Source: Botryllus schlosseri
Lineage: Eukaryota
Assembly: GCA_051294905.1 (NCBI GenBank)
Contig: CM119371.1
Span: 9,922,001 to 9,986,000 of the forward strand
Direction: 5' to 3'
Length of the DNA stretch: 64,000 nucleotides
The notes under the pieces are model-generated. The model had not been told where the DNA came from and did no database searches. It saw nothing but the letters and a program-made list of their open reading frames with translations. A program made the position numbers and the translations under genes. How positions within the stretch are numbered: position 1 is the first letter of the stretch; every line of letters begins with the position of its first letter. Positions 12,701 through 24,700 of the stretch are shown here, piece by piece.

Positions 12701-15700
12701 CACCATCCAACAGCATGCAGACATATAAGCTACATGTCATATTTACGACAAAACCAGGGGTTTCCAGTGTCCACTGTTCAGCAATTTTGCTATTCACGAG
12801 CACGCTTAGATTACTCTTATAATGGATCACCTGAAAGAACGATAACGATGTTAAATTGGCTACTGGGGTGTTAGCATCGCGGACAGCCCGTCTGGTTTCT
12901 TTCATTCAGTGTCATCACTGCTTGCTTGTGAAATACCTTGCGCATATAAGTTTCCAAATATAGAAGCAGAATGCCCCATTTGGGCGCCTTTCTAAGTCAT
13001 GAAAAACTTCCGCGGCAACATTATGGCGTCGAAAGCCGTGGGCATCATCATTCGTCTCTTTTCTTGATGTATTTTACGAGGGAGCGTTTCAGTTGATGCC
13101 GCCTTCGAATATTTCCGTACATTTTCGCTGGCTAGTCAAAATTTGGAGTAATTCTCGCATTATCAACGACATCATAGCTTATATACCACTTCACGACAAA
13201 ACGTGACCATAAATTCATCTCAATCCTATCACACCAAAAGATTTCGAATGAACACCCAAAAAATATGAAAGTAACAAAGCTCAGTGTCAACTTTCATCCA
13301 TATATGGTATACCTACGGCGATTGCGGTGACTTACAATCAATCCCGGTTCCAAGTATAGGCATGACCCACACAACACTTCGTCAGCGCCCTAATGAGTGA
13401 TCAAAGAAACATCTGGGGAAAAAGTACCCTCCTTTTCATTTTTCATCTCAATACTTTCTTTCATGAACGCCATTCCAAAAAGACATAATACTATATATTC
13501 GGAGCGAGACAAGTCCGTTACCGATTACGCGATTCTCGAAAGAGCCGGGACAGGTATCGGCGAAATCTTGACTTATCCATTTACTTATATCGGCTTATTA
13601 CATGCGCAACTACATGTCCTCAAAACGAATAAAAGCTTATTTTATGAAACGCATTGATTTCAAATCGGTGTTTCTTGATGGGACGCATCATATTTTTCTC
13701 TTCGATTCACATTTGTATTGTGGTTGGGGTGCAGAATTTACTACATACAGACACTACTATATTAAACTCGAAAAATCAAGTCGCACTTAATCGACCGAGG
13801 CGTGAAGAAATTTTTGAAGTTGAATTAATCTATAAATAATTTCGAATTCGTAAATTCAACTTGCACGTTGATGGCCACTAACTGATGCTACTTGAACTAC
13901 GCGTTAACCGCCACAGTTCGGCCAACGTAGGACGGAACTTCAATGTTCATGTTCCATTCAGCAATATCCTTTTTCGACTACTGCTGATTCCGAAATTGAT
14001 ATCTTCCAATGCCACAGGAAAAAACAGCTACTTTATAGTTCGCCCCGATATGATCCTTTACAAATGAATAAAACTTTACAACTATCTCAATCATAAAGCG
14101 TATGTCGATCGAGCATGCGTGTTAGGCAGGGACGGGCAACTTCTTCAGTAGGCGGGCCGGATATAGGAAAATGAAATACTTCGCGGGCCGGATTCCTAAA
14201 TCGATACCTAGTTGTGTATTCATCAACCCATGAAAGATTTAAGTCAACCTTTCGGCTCACCTCCCGAAATAGCCGCCAGAGCGTTACTTCAGTGCTGATT
14301 TACTGTACCTCGGTCGAATTTTACCCTATATTCAACCAAAATTCTCAAAAAAGAGGACAAAATCTAAAAAAGAGGTAACTTAGGCGTCCTCCGTGGACAC
14401 TTTCGAAAAAGTAGAAAAAAGAGGACAAATCCTCTTAAAACAGGACGATGGTAACCCTAATATAAAGTGAATTGCAAGTTGAAAGCATAAGAGGCCCAAA
14501 TCGGTATTGAATGAATTTATTCCGTAATATAGCCTAGTCTTCAATAGCTGCTGAAGTCAATGAGACCTGTGGTCGTTCAAAGTTGTCGACCAGAAACTCT
14601 CTGCGGGCCGTACAAAATCCGTTCGCGGGCCATATGTTGCCCGCCCCTGTGTTAGAGCGTCAAATGAACCTTTCCAGTTCGGAACTTGTTTTCCCGGCAA
14701 ACGAAACGAGCTATCTAATATGACATGGAAATACGCCCATAAAACGTTTACAAATTATTGTTCGGTCGGTTGAGACAACCACCGAGATCTCGTTACTTCC
14801 ATGAATGCGGAATATACGAAAGTTTATAGTTAGCCTGCATTGTGAAAATAAACAAATCAATCAACTGATGGCAATATTATAAGCATCGGAATAAACATGT
14901 GTTATATTTAGGTATAGTAATAAACAACCCTCCCTTGACTTGGTAGGGGAGCAATCATCCTCATTTTTGATGGAGAGGCTATAAATGAAATATTGATGTG
15001 TTATATTTAGGTATGGTAATAAACAACCCTCTCTATGACTTGGTAGGGGAGCAATCATCCTCCGTTTTGATGGAGAGGCTATAAATGAAATACCGACAGG
15101 AGGATTGCTTATTGCTATAAAACCGAAACACGTAATACAATAAAGTTTCATGTTATCCTAACTCAGATAAATGATGTAGGTATAATATGATGCGACTTAC
15201 AGTGGAAATTGGCGGTGAGTTATAATCTAAACATACTACGTTAACAGGAATACTTTGCGAGTTCATTACAAAGAATAGAAACCAAGTCTAGCTAATTACA
15301 CAGTATGAATGGTCAATTGGAAACTGTACAAAACGTTTAGCAGTTCATGTATTGCGTAAATGCGTTGCGTTCACGTGAAATAAACAATACATGATTGAGC
15401 CCGTGATTCTTACCAAATGTAAGAATACAATTTATCCTGATATTCAAACCAGATCACATCAATATGTGAAATGAAACAAAAAAGAATCAGTATGTACTGT
15501 ACATGTGCAATTGTATAGTGTTAAGGTACAATGCACATTCCTGAACATCCATGTCGTATTCAAGAAGTTAGGAAATTCTTCCTGTGGTCATCTGCAATAA
15601 GCAAACGCTTATTCTATGTATCTTAGTTCTGTCACTGATGCAACATAACATATGATTATCTTATGTTCTTTTTGTCTCCTGTTTTCTTTTGCCCTTTTTT

Positions 15701-18700
15701 TTTTATTTTATCTAATTGAAAAGTCGATATATATATACTGATGCAAATCATTGGTTGCATTTTTGAGGTTATTAAATTGTGATAATAAATTTATTCATGG
15801 TGTTGTGCAACGAACCATGTCGAGGAGCACACCATGCTCAGGTCAGTGACGGAAAAAAACGTACGACCATCGATCACATTTTGAGGTTATGAATATGATA
15901 GTACTGAATCTTAAGAATCGTGAGAGATATCAATTCGCAAGTCCTTCCCTCCTTCGCTATGCGTGCTTGGTGTGAGAAATAGATGTTCCAATTTTACCGC
16001 GTAATAGAAACCTTTATATCAGATAAAGAGGAAAACCATGGACCTGCCTTCGCAATCACGATGGTGAGTTGATGACTGTATTCAAATTGGAAACCGTCAT
16101 ACCGATATTTCAGTTAATCTAAATCGTAATTTTTCCGAAGAACAGATTAAGTTACCAGCATGGAATGCAATTATTATAATTAGATCTCGCCATGCAATTT
16201 CATTTTCCTCGGTATTTGATCTAGTGTGCGACGATCGAAAGTTCAAAAATTCGCAATTTCACACACGCGCCAGTCTGGAAATATGATGACGCTCGAGTAT
16301 TCGTGACTTCCAGACGCTTATTCGTATGGCATTGTTTAATGTTCATACACCGTTTCCTGATTGAATAAGCCGTAGATCAGATTACTGGAGTATTCATCAC
16401 TTCAGTATACAAAGGATTACTGCTCTGTGCAGCCATCTCACATAGTAGCATTAGTTACCACATCCTTCATCATGCACATCCTTCATCATGCAACTGCAAC
16501 AGCCATGCGTGTTACATGTCATAAACTTTACGACAGAAAGGATTTCAGACAATATAAAATCGTGTCTGAAGGAATGGCATGCCACCATATGGAAACAATG
16601 ACTACACGATGAACTCGACAACATTGTTTATACTTTGCAAGACCTCCGTATGAACGCGGGTCGAACTTGTAACAGTGTACCTGGATATCATGGCAATCTC
16701 AAATCTTTTTCTTGCGTTGTCACAAAAGTTTGCTCGGAAGATCCAGCTTTCTGTTTGTGAATATATAGTGACTCTCTGCTGTGAGCTTGACCCGCAATCA
16801 CACAACATCAAGAGCGAAACACACTACATGTAAGTTTGTTTGTGTAAGTTTGTTTGTTTTGTTTTATTGAGACATATAATTGGCGCTTTCAGCAACTTGG
16901 TCATTTGCGCCCGCACAGTAAATTTCATAATGTCTTTGACTTTGACTTGAGTCTTTTTCCGGCTCATTCGCTGCCTCCTTTCAAGAGTTCGGCTCTCTCT
17001 TCGTCTGAGCTTTTCAATGCGCTGTATTACAGCGGGATCGGCGATGAGGAGCCCAGATAAACCTCCGACACATAGAAACATGATAGAGCCGAGGCTCGAA
17101 CCTCAACCATCGATGTCGTGACTGCAGTGTTTAACCAACTGCGCCACTCGCTTCCCCACTACGTGTAGGTAGTCAGCGAATGATACTTATTCAACCAACC
17201 AATGAAATTGATATCGATGTCTGATGTGCAAAAATCTAACATGTGTTTATTGAATCATAAAAACCAAATCCGTGCGATTGGGGTGTTGGCTACTGCTGTA
17301 TAACTTTGTCCGGTCTGGCCTAGACCGTTAAGGAGTAAGCTTATATTGTCTTGCAAGTCCTCGAGGTAAACGTTGGCAAAGCGACGAATAATATTGATCA
17401 TATAGCATTATTATATCATTTCATTGACCCGGTTGATACGTTTGGCGACGTCTAAAACGTCAATATGTACTTCGGCATTGTGGCATTATGTGGCCCGAGT
17501 CGCCGCTGGGTATCGTGTACATTAATATAGGCTATCACTTCACTGAAATATAGGGTTGGAATTAGCAATATGACGTTACGTGACGTCACGAGGTTCACGT
17601 TCGCGTTTAAACAGAACCTTTCAAAAAGGTTCGGGTTCACACGAACCTGAACCTTTCAGAGGTTCACACCATCCCTCATTTACACCCATGTACCAGCCCT
17701 GATATACGGGTTGAATATACGATATGCAGCAGTGGTTCTCAACCGCCGGTTCGCGGACCGGTGCCGGTCCACGACGACATTCCCGCCGGTCCGCCAGGTA
17801 AATTACAATTTTATACCTTAAATTCAAGATGCAATGTAAAAGGCTTGTCCATTGATCAAATGAATAAAACATCAAATTTTAAACTCATTCAGAACTTCTT
17901 GAGGTAACACTAGGGCTGAAAACATGTTCGATTTGACTAAAGGTACAAGACGTGTCATTTGACGACATGCGAGCGACAAGTACAGAACAGGTACGAGCTG
18001 ACTCATCGCTAAACAGCGCAGTTCGCGCGAACATTCGTCTTTCGATTCATTCATTTTATGCAGGACCGTAACCGGAGCACCCGAAACCGCCTAGTTGGAG
18101 AAGGGCTGAGCTTGAAAAGAACCCGAAATTATTTTGCAAATGAACATCAGGGCTGTAACCAAGTCACAAGGTGGCGAGTCACAAGTTAATCTCACTTTTT
18201 TAGCTTTGACTCGAGTCAAGTCGAGTCATTTTCAATTCACCACCGAGTCAAGTACGAGTCCAAGTCACTGAGTAGACTGCCGAGTCCGAGTCATGGTTTT
18301 TTGACTCGAGGCCGAGTCCAAGTCATTGTGTGGACTTTTCAGTTTCGAGTTAATGTCATGTGAGACCCACTTTTCGCAACTCTACTCTGTGATATCGAAT
18401 GCTTCTCATTCATAATATCCTCATTTTCGTCACTTTCAACAGTTTCAGATAGCATTTTCAAGAACCAGTATTGATAGACGAAATAATATCAGCGTGATAA
18501 CTTTACTACTCTTCGAAATTGCAATGAAATGCCTGTCTTGGTAGACCAAGTTTCGATTACTTGGTCCGAGTCATGTGCAATGACTCGAGTACAAGTGGAG
18601 TCAATACACAAATTGACTCGAGTCATTACAACCATGATGAACATAAATCATAGCGTATTTATTTGAAACTTTTTCCAACATTTTTCAATTTCTTTTCGCT

Positions 18701-21700
18701 CTTTGCGCGATTTCGTGTCACTAAATGTCTTGCATATTAGGTGCCTTTCTCCGTGAAATACGCATGATTTATAGAAATAGGCATTTGGGCGTCAGCCATT
18801 AGCGCGCCGTGACGTACCAACACATAATAATGAAGATTAGGCTAACAAGGGGCTCCGAAAGGCGTGTCAAAAATACGACAGCGAGAAAACCAATTCAGTC
18901 ATGAATGGTGGAAAATTTTCGCTATTGACGCGGTTAAGCTACTTTAACTCTTTGCTTATACTGAGTAGTATGAATGTGCTCACAAGCAGGGCTTTGGAGC
19001 AGCCGTAAATCTGCATTGCTCCAGCTCCGGCTCCGGAGCTTTCTTCTATCATATATTAGCTCCGGCTCCAGCTCCGGAGCCGCATTATTACCACTGCTCC
19101 GGTTCCAGCTCCGGCTCCGGCTCTGAAAACTATCGAAGGTGTCTGTCTATATCGGGGGTGGGCAACCCGCGAGAAGGTTTTGAGTAGCCCGCGAGCTAAT
19201 TTACCACTATATTATCGAAATCCTGTTATATTATCGAAATTGAATTGCTCAGATTATGAACTTGCAATGCCAACCAAAACTACGATTAGTCTGACCGCGA
19301 CACTTGGGATGTTGATGACTAAAATATCAGTTTCGACGCATTGGCAGATCCAAGGTCCAGTCACATTTTTAGTAAATCGTCGTACATTACAATACTAAAA
19401 AAGTATTCACGCTTGGCGTGTTTAATTGTCATACGATTTCTTGCTTTGTCGCCTACCGCTACCTGTAGATGATAAAACGCCTGATTTAGCCGATTGAGTC
19501 TAACTATATTCGCAATCACGAGAGAAAGTAGTTTCGCGTTTGCGCTCGCAGAAAGATCGTCGACGATGTAATGTAGGCACAAAATTATTGTCGCATATTA
19601 GCGGAAACCTTCGATATCGATATGTCCAGATGCCGAATAGTCCTGTCCTAGCAAACTGAGCCCATCGGGCGGTATACAGTAGACCCGCAATATACCCAAG
19701 GGATAATAATATTAAATTTGAAAATTTTACGCGCCGGGTGCGGCTAGTGGGCAGCGCACTCGTTCGTCAATTCAATGTGGCCCTTTAGCCGAAAAGGTTG
19801 GCCACCCCGGGTCTATATAGATTAATAATTTACCCGTAGGTTGGTTATCTATAGTAATCTAGAGTCTCTCAGCCTTCAGTAACATCGGACGCAGCAACGA
19901 AGACATAGGTGATACCGTGCCGGCTTGTGATGTCATAATGAATACTTGTCAATTGTCGATAACATCATAGTTGCACTAGAACGCACTTTACTCCGTGCCA
20001 TTGCTGTGTACTGTGTACAGCATTAGAATTCTGATGAGGCGTTTTAACACTGGCACTGTACTCGTTAACATAAGCCATACTGCTCAATTCAATCTTTAAA
20101 TGTGCGATTATTACTCAACTGTAACTGTAGTAAGAGCAATATGGGCGGATATCACGACGTTTTCAATATAAATTCGAGTTGTACCAAATGGCCAATGGTT
20201 TGACGTTCGATATTGGTACACTCGTTACCAGTCCATCCGGTGTCGATCAAGTTTATCGAAATAAATATTTTCCCATTGAAACGAATCGAATAATCGAATT
20301 GAACACCATGCCATGCACATTACGCCATGCCCATAACGAATTAAACTATGCAGTATGCACATTGCACATTTACAATAAGTCACAGTGCGCGATAATCCGG
20401 GAATACTAGAGTATCAAGCAGACATCAAGAATGAATTTACGAAACAGATGATTACAAATTGGAAATCGCGTATCAAATCAGTAATTTGACTCTAACATAA
20501 AATACCATGGGGTCATGAGATCGCATTGAGTAGCTCGCACCGCGACAATTGTTTGCTGAGTCAAACGGCGTTTTGGGCTACTCTTCTGTCATCCCCTATT
20601 TACGCTCAAAAAATCCTTACTGGAGTGAATTAACGATCATGGGCAGTAATGAATTCCAATCAGCATGTTTGATTGCATACTCAATAACACTGTCCAATTT
20701 CGCGGCTCGATTAAAGAACTATCACGAAAGAACGAGTATTTGCTCATTCGATTCATAGCAACGATGAGATGGAATTTCTAGGCTCGTGCTCGTCATATCG
20801 ACATGTGCAACGAAATCATGTTTTTATCCTGTCTTCGATTTCGCGTAATTCATAGTGATCATTATTTTCGAACCGTACAATTGGCCAACAAGGTTATGCT
20901 GATGATGAAATTGCGGGTATGCCGAATACCCACAATATTCTCAGGCATATTTCGCATACCTCGGCACTCATGTACGAAAATTGAACATTGAACATATGAC
21001 TGCTCTGCTGTTAAATCCCCAGGAATATGGTTGGTCGGAAAACGTAGCGCCAAAGAGGAAAAGATTCTTAATTTCGCGAAGGCCTGCTGTTGAATTATGT
21101 GAACTCAGCAGATATGGTAGTTGCATATATAATAGCATCTTATGAAATACGTCGGAGCCGGAGCTACCCCTCAAATAACTGGCTCCAGCTCCGGCTCTGG
21201 CTGAATTTTATGTAGAGCTCCGGCTCCGGCTCCAGCTCCGGTAAAAATGCACGGCTCCGGGGCTTCAAGTCCGGGCTCCGGCTCCAAAGCCATGCTCACA
21301 AGTACAGGTGAAAACATCCGCCCAACTGTGGCTTTATCGACCTGTGGGGCACAAGATCAACGCTTTTGGGGGTGGTCTGACGAAGTGCCTTTTCGGCACG
21401 GATTGCCGGTATAGTTGCTGTAAGGTGTTTTCTTGCGTCACGCATTGTATTCGTAGGTCCCAGAGTAGCCTATGCGTCCGGTGGCAGTGGGCAATGAGCA
21501 AGGTAGCACGACAAGGTGCTTGGTTCGACTCCGAAACGCTTCTTGTATCGATAGTGTCAAAGAGAAGAATATTATTCGAGTTGGCGTAGTCGGTTAAACC
21601 CACGGCTTTCGGCACGAAAGACTGTAATCGACTCTCGGCAGTAGCACGTTTAGCTGGATAAGGCAATTTTACAGCGACTCAGCAGACTGACTACCATAAA

Positions 21701-24700
21701 ATCACATGGATGCCATCGTTAAGATAATTAATTACCATCAAAACCCTCTAAATGTCACTCTCTAGCATCATATAACTGCAAAAAACGGCTGCATACTTTA
21801 CATTTTGGCTTAATTTCAATTTTGAAAGTTCACTGGTCCGCCAGTCATTTTTTTTGAAATTTTACCGGTCCACGAGGTGAAAAAGGTTGAGAACCACTGA
21901 TATACAGTATACACCCATGGCACACAAAACTAGAACCTGTGTTGATTAACATATGTATGGCGTAACTTTTATATATATGAACACATTTATACTACCAAGT
22001 CAAAGTTTAGCCAATAATTCTGATGTGAACAAAAACAGATTCATGCAATGAATAACTACTTACGCAAAATGTCAAGCACTTTGCCGCTAACTTTATAACA
22101 CGTTACAAAACATACCACTGTCTTACATCAGCGTATGATAAATGAGTTATGTTGCGGTAGTTACGCCTTGGATCGACGTTCATGGACAAAATTACATCGT
22201 TTCATGATTATGATTTCGATGCCGTCCAAATTAAACTGAATATACACGCAATTTCCAAAAGATGACTGTACACTACAGAAGATATTCACGTCACGCTAGA
22301 CAAGTCTGATATATTTGCCCGGTATGGATGTGACACACGTCACTCACCCCGAGCATAGCGTACTCCATTACCGTTCAGAAATTCTCGACGTGGTACAAAA
22401 TTACATGGGATATTCGACCAAGTCAGTCATGATTCCATCACAGTGCACAGAACTGGCTAATGTTAGAAAACCAAGTTTAGTCAACGCATTGAATATGAAC
22501 ATTCGGCAACTCATTTCTAATGTTTATGATTCGTACACAGTGCCGGGATAAGTGTTAAATGTATGGGGCCATAGCGTAGGAGAACATATATTTACGCTTA
22601 CATTAGACGGGAATATCAGGTAGATACACGCGTGTGTCACACCATCAAGAAATTAATTCAGGTATTTGGTAATTACATGCTCTTGCATAGCGCATATTGA
22701 GAGATGGATAGCGCGAAAATAGCTTGCTTACCATACAAGACGCTGAATCCCTCACAGGAAGGAAACGCCTGAAGCAGCATTCTTAACATCAGAAACTGAA
22801 CTGCGATGAGGTCTCAAATAAAAGCTTATCAGACTAAACAATCGATACCATAAGCCTTTTCTTGCGTGCTATGTGTAAACAAATAATCATCAGTTACCAT
22901 GGTACTTTTGGCGATTGTGGGATTGCTTTGAAGACCGTCTCTATAAAACTTACAAAACTTGACTCCAAATCGTGGCATATCCAATTGTTGGGATTCCCGT
23001 TACTTCGATTTTTAGTATTGGTTGTTACTGGTATATCACACGGATCGCCTACCATTCGTAACAATTGCATCAACTGGTAACATGAATGAAGACGTTGAAT
23101 TGCTAATAGATTTATAGTAAGATGATATGTCATATGTGGCATCAGTCAAGGACATGCTGCTGTTGGCGTTATCTGATATCAACTTATTCAAGAGGAAAAT
23201 GACGAAACACAGAACCTACAGCTGAGTCATGAAATGGCTTCCAGATCTTGTGATAAGCATAGTGTCAGCTAGCCTAATGGCAGAACAAAATCCTCATCGT
23301 ATCCAGATAAATTGATACTGAAGCGCCGGCGAACCAGCCATACACTTCACGTAAAGAATTGCAATGCATTTCATGACCCGATGCAAAGTATATTTTAAGT
23401 TAGCAGATGCGATATATCATATTAACTTATATATATGCTATGAATCGTCGACTGTCATTGTAATGAAGATGTAACCATGTAGGTGTCCCGCGTATGTGAT
23501 ATAGCCTTCCTATTTTACCTTCATCTTCTTCGCGGTGATTCAACAATTCGTTTGTTCACGAGCACACAATGTCCGCTGTGTACCAGTCGTAATACTTTAT
23601 AATGGTGTAGGAATGTGATTTTTGCAAAGAACATATCGCTCGGTTACTTGGTGGTGCAATGTCTGTGCTTACTGTTCGCTATCACTCATATTTTATGATG
23701 CTATAAACATTATAAAGTGATTCGGCGTGTCCGAGCTAAATCCGGAATTGCAACTGTCTCCTGAAATGGACGCTTTTTAGCGTAGCGATGTCACCGGACA
23801 ATGTAATCGGTTAGAGAAATCATATTCAACTCATATTGCCACTTATATGAAAATTATTTCCACAATTCTTTGAGGCAAGGCGATCCAGAAGGTCAAAAAC
23901 AGATGTCATCGGCAATTAGCATACATGCTTTCTTTGCTGTCATGTCTTCAAGACGTACAAGTCGGTAGACTTGGTTTCAAACAACCAAAAATCCACTCAC
24001 AGATAATTTCTGTATACTTTACTTTGTATCGTCCCAAAGTGTGTTGAGGGGCATCATGTAATTCAACAAACCTATATCAGTTACAGCTAGGGTAGCATTT
24101 AAAACAAATGGCTGTATAAAACACTTTGTTTAAAACATGTTTTAAACAGTGTTTTAAATGAGGGCCATCTAAAAAAATGAGTTTTTTTCAAGTTGTAGAA
24201 TTATGCCATAATTGTGTAAATACATTCCAAAAACATGTTGTATGAGACTACGGACGACGATTACCACCCAATATAGCCGACGTATACGATATGGGATGGT
24301 TGGAACCCTCGAAATAGCCGGTGCAACAGCTATAGTACGTAGATACAGATCTTTGGTACGGAATGAATGTTCTGATGATGATGACCGCCGACCGTAAAAA
24401 TGCCGCAAAACGATGCAATCCAGGTTGAAAATATTTTCGGTCCGATATGACAGAGGTTGGAAGCTTCTTTCGTCAAAGGAGCTATATTTACGCTATATTT
24501 TCAATTGTGAATATCGATCTACTATGATGCCACGATTGAACATGGGTGACGTAATGACTTTAAAAAAAAAACCAATAAAAACCATGTTTTAAACGAGGGC
24601 CTTGTTCAAAGCATGCTTGTTTTAAATTAATTTTTGTTTTAAACACAACCCTAGTTACAGCGCAACATTCTGTCTGGTTTACACTTTTTGGTGCACATTT

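Larger units (their letters stand above)
17730..21899 (+). mobile_element. hAT (Buster-type) non-autonomous element hosting nested insertions
   Basis: TIR CAGTGGTTCTCAACC / GGTTGAGAACCACTG; TSD ATATGCAG/ATATACAG. Confidence 0.88.
16430..23700 (+). pseudogene. Decayed rhodopsin-like (class A) GPCR, fragmented by TE insertions, antisense within SLCO intron 1
   Basis: Plus-strand motifs in TM order: MNSTTLFILCK (16609, TM1), TVYLDIMAISNLFLAL (TM2), TLSGLA/LDR* (17323, DRY), AKRRIILII*(W) (TM4), IVGIPVTSIFSIGCYWYITRIA (22984-23049, TM5), AYVI*PSYF (23490, TM6), WWCNVCAYCSLSLIFY (23649, TM7). Multiple stops and frameshifts. Confidence 0.55.

Noticed and set aside
17090..17157. tRNA genes at SINE heads (also 3673, 36106, 43358, 51711, 52129, 61819, 61950)
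   Set aside because: A/B boxes are present but there is no intact cloverleaf, and each continues into a SINE body
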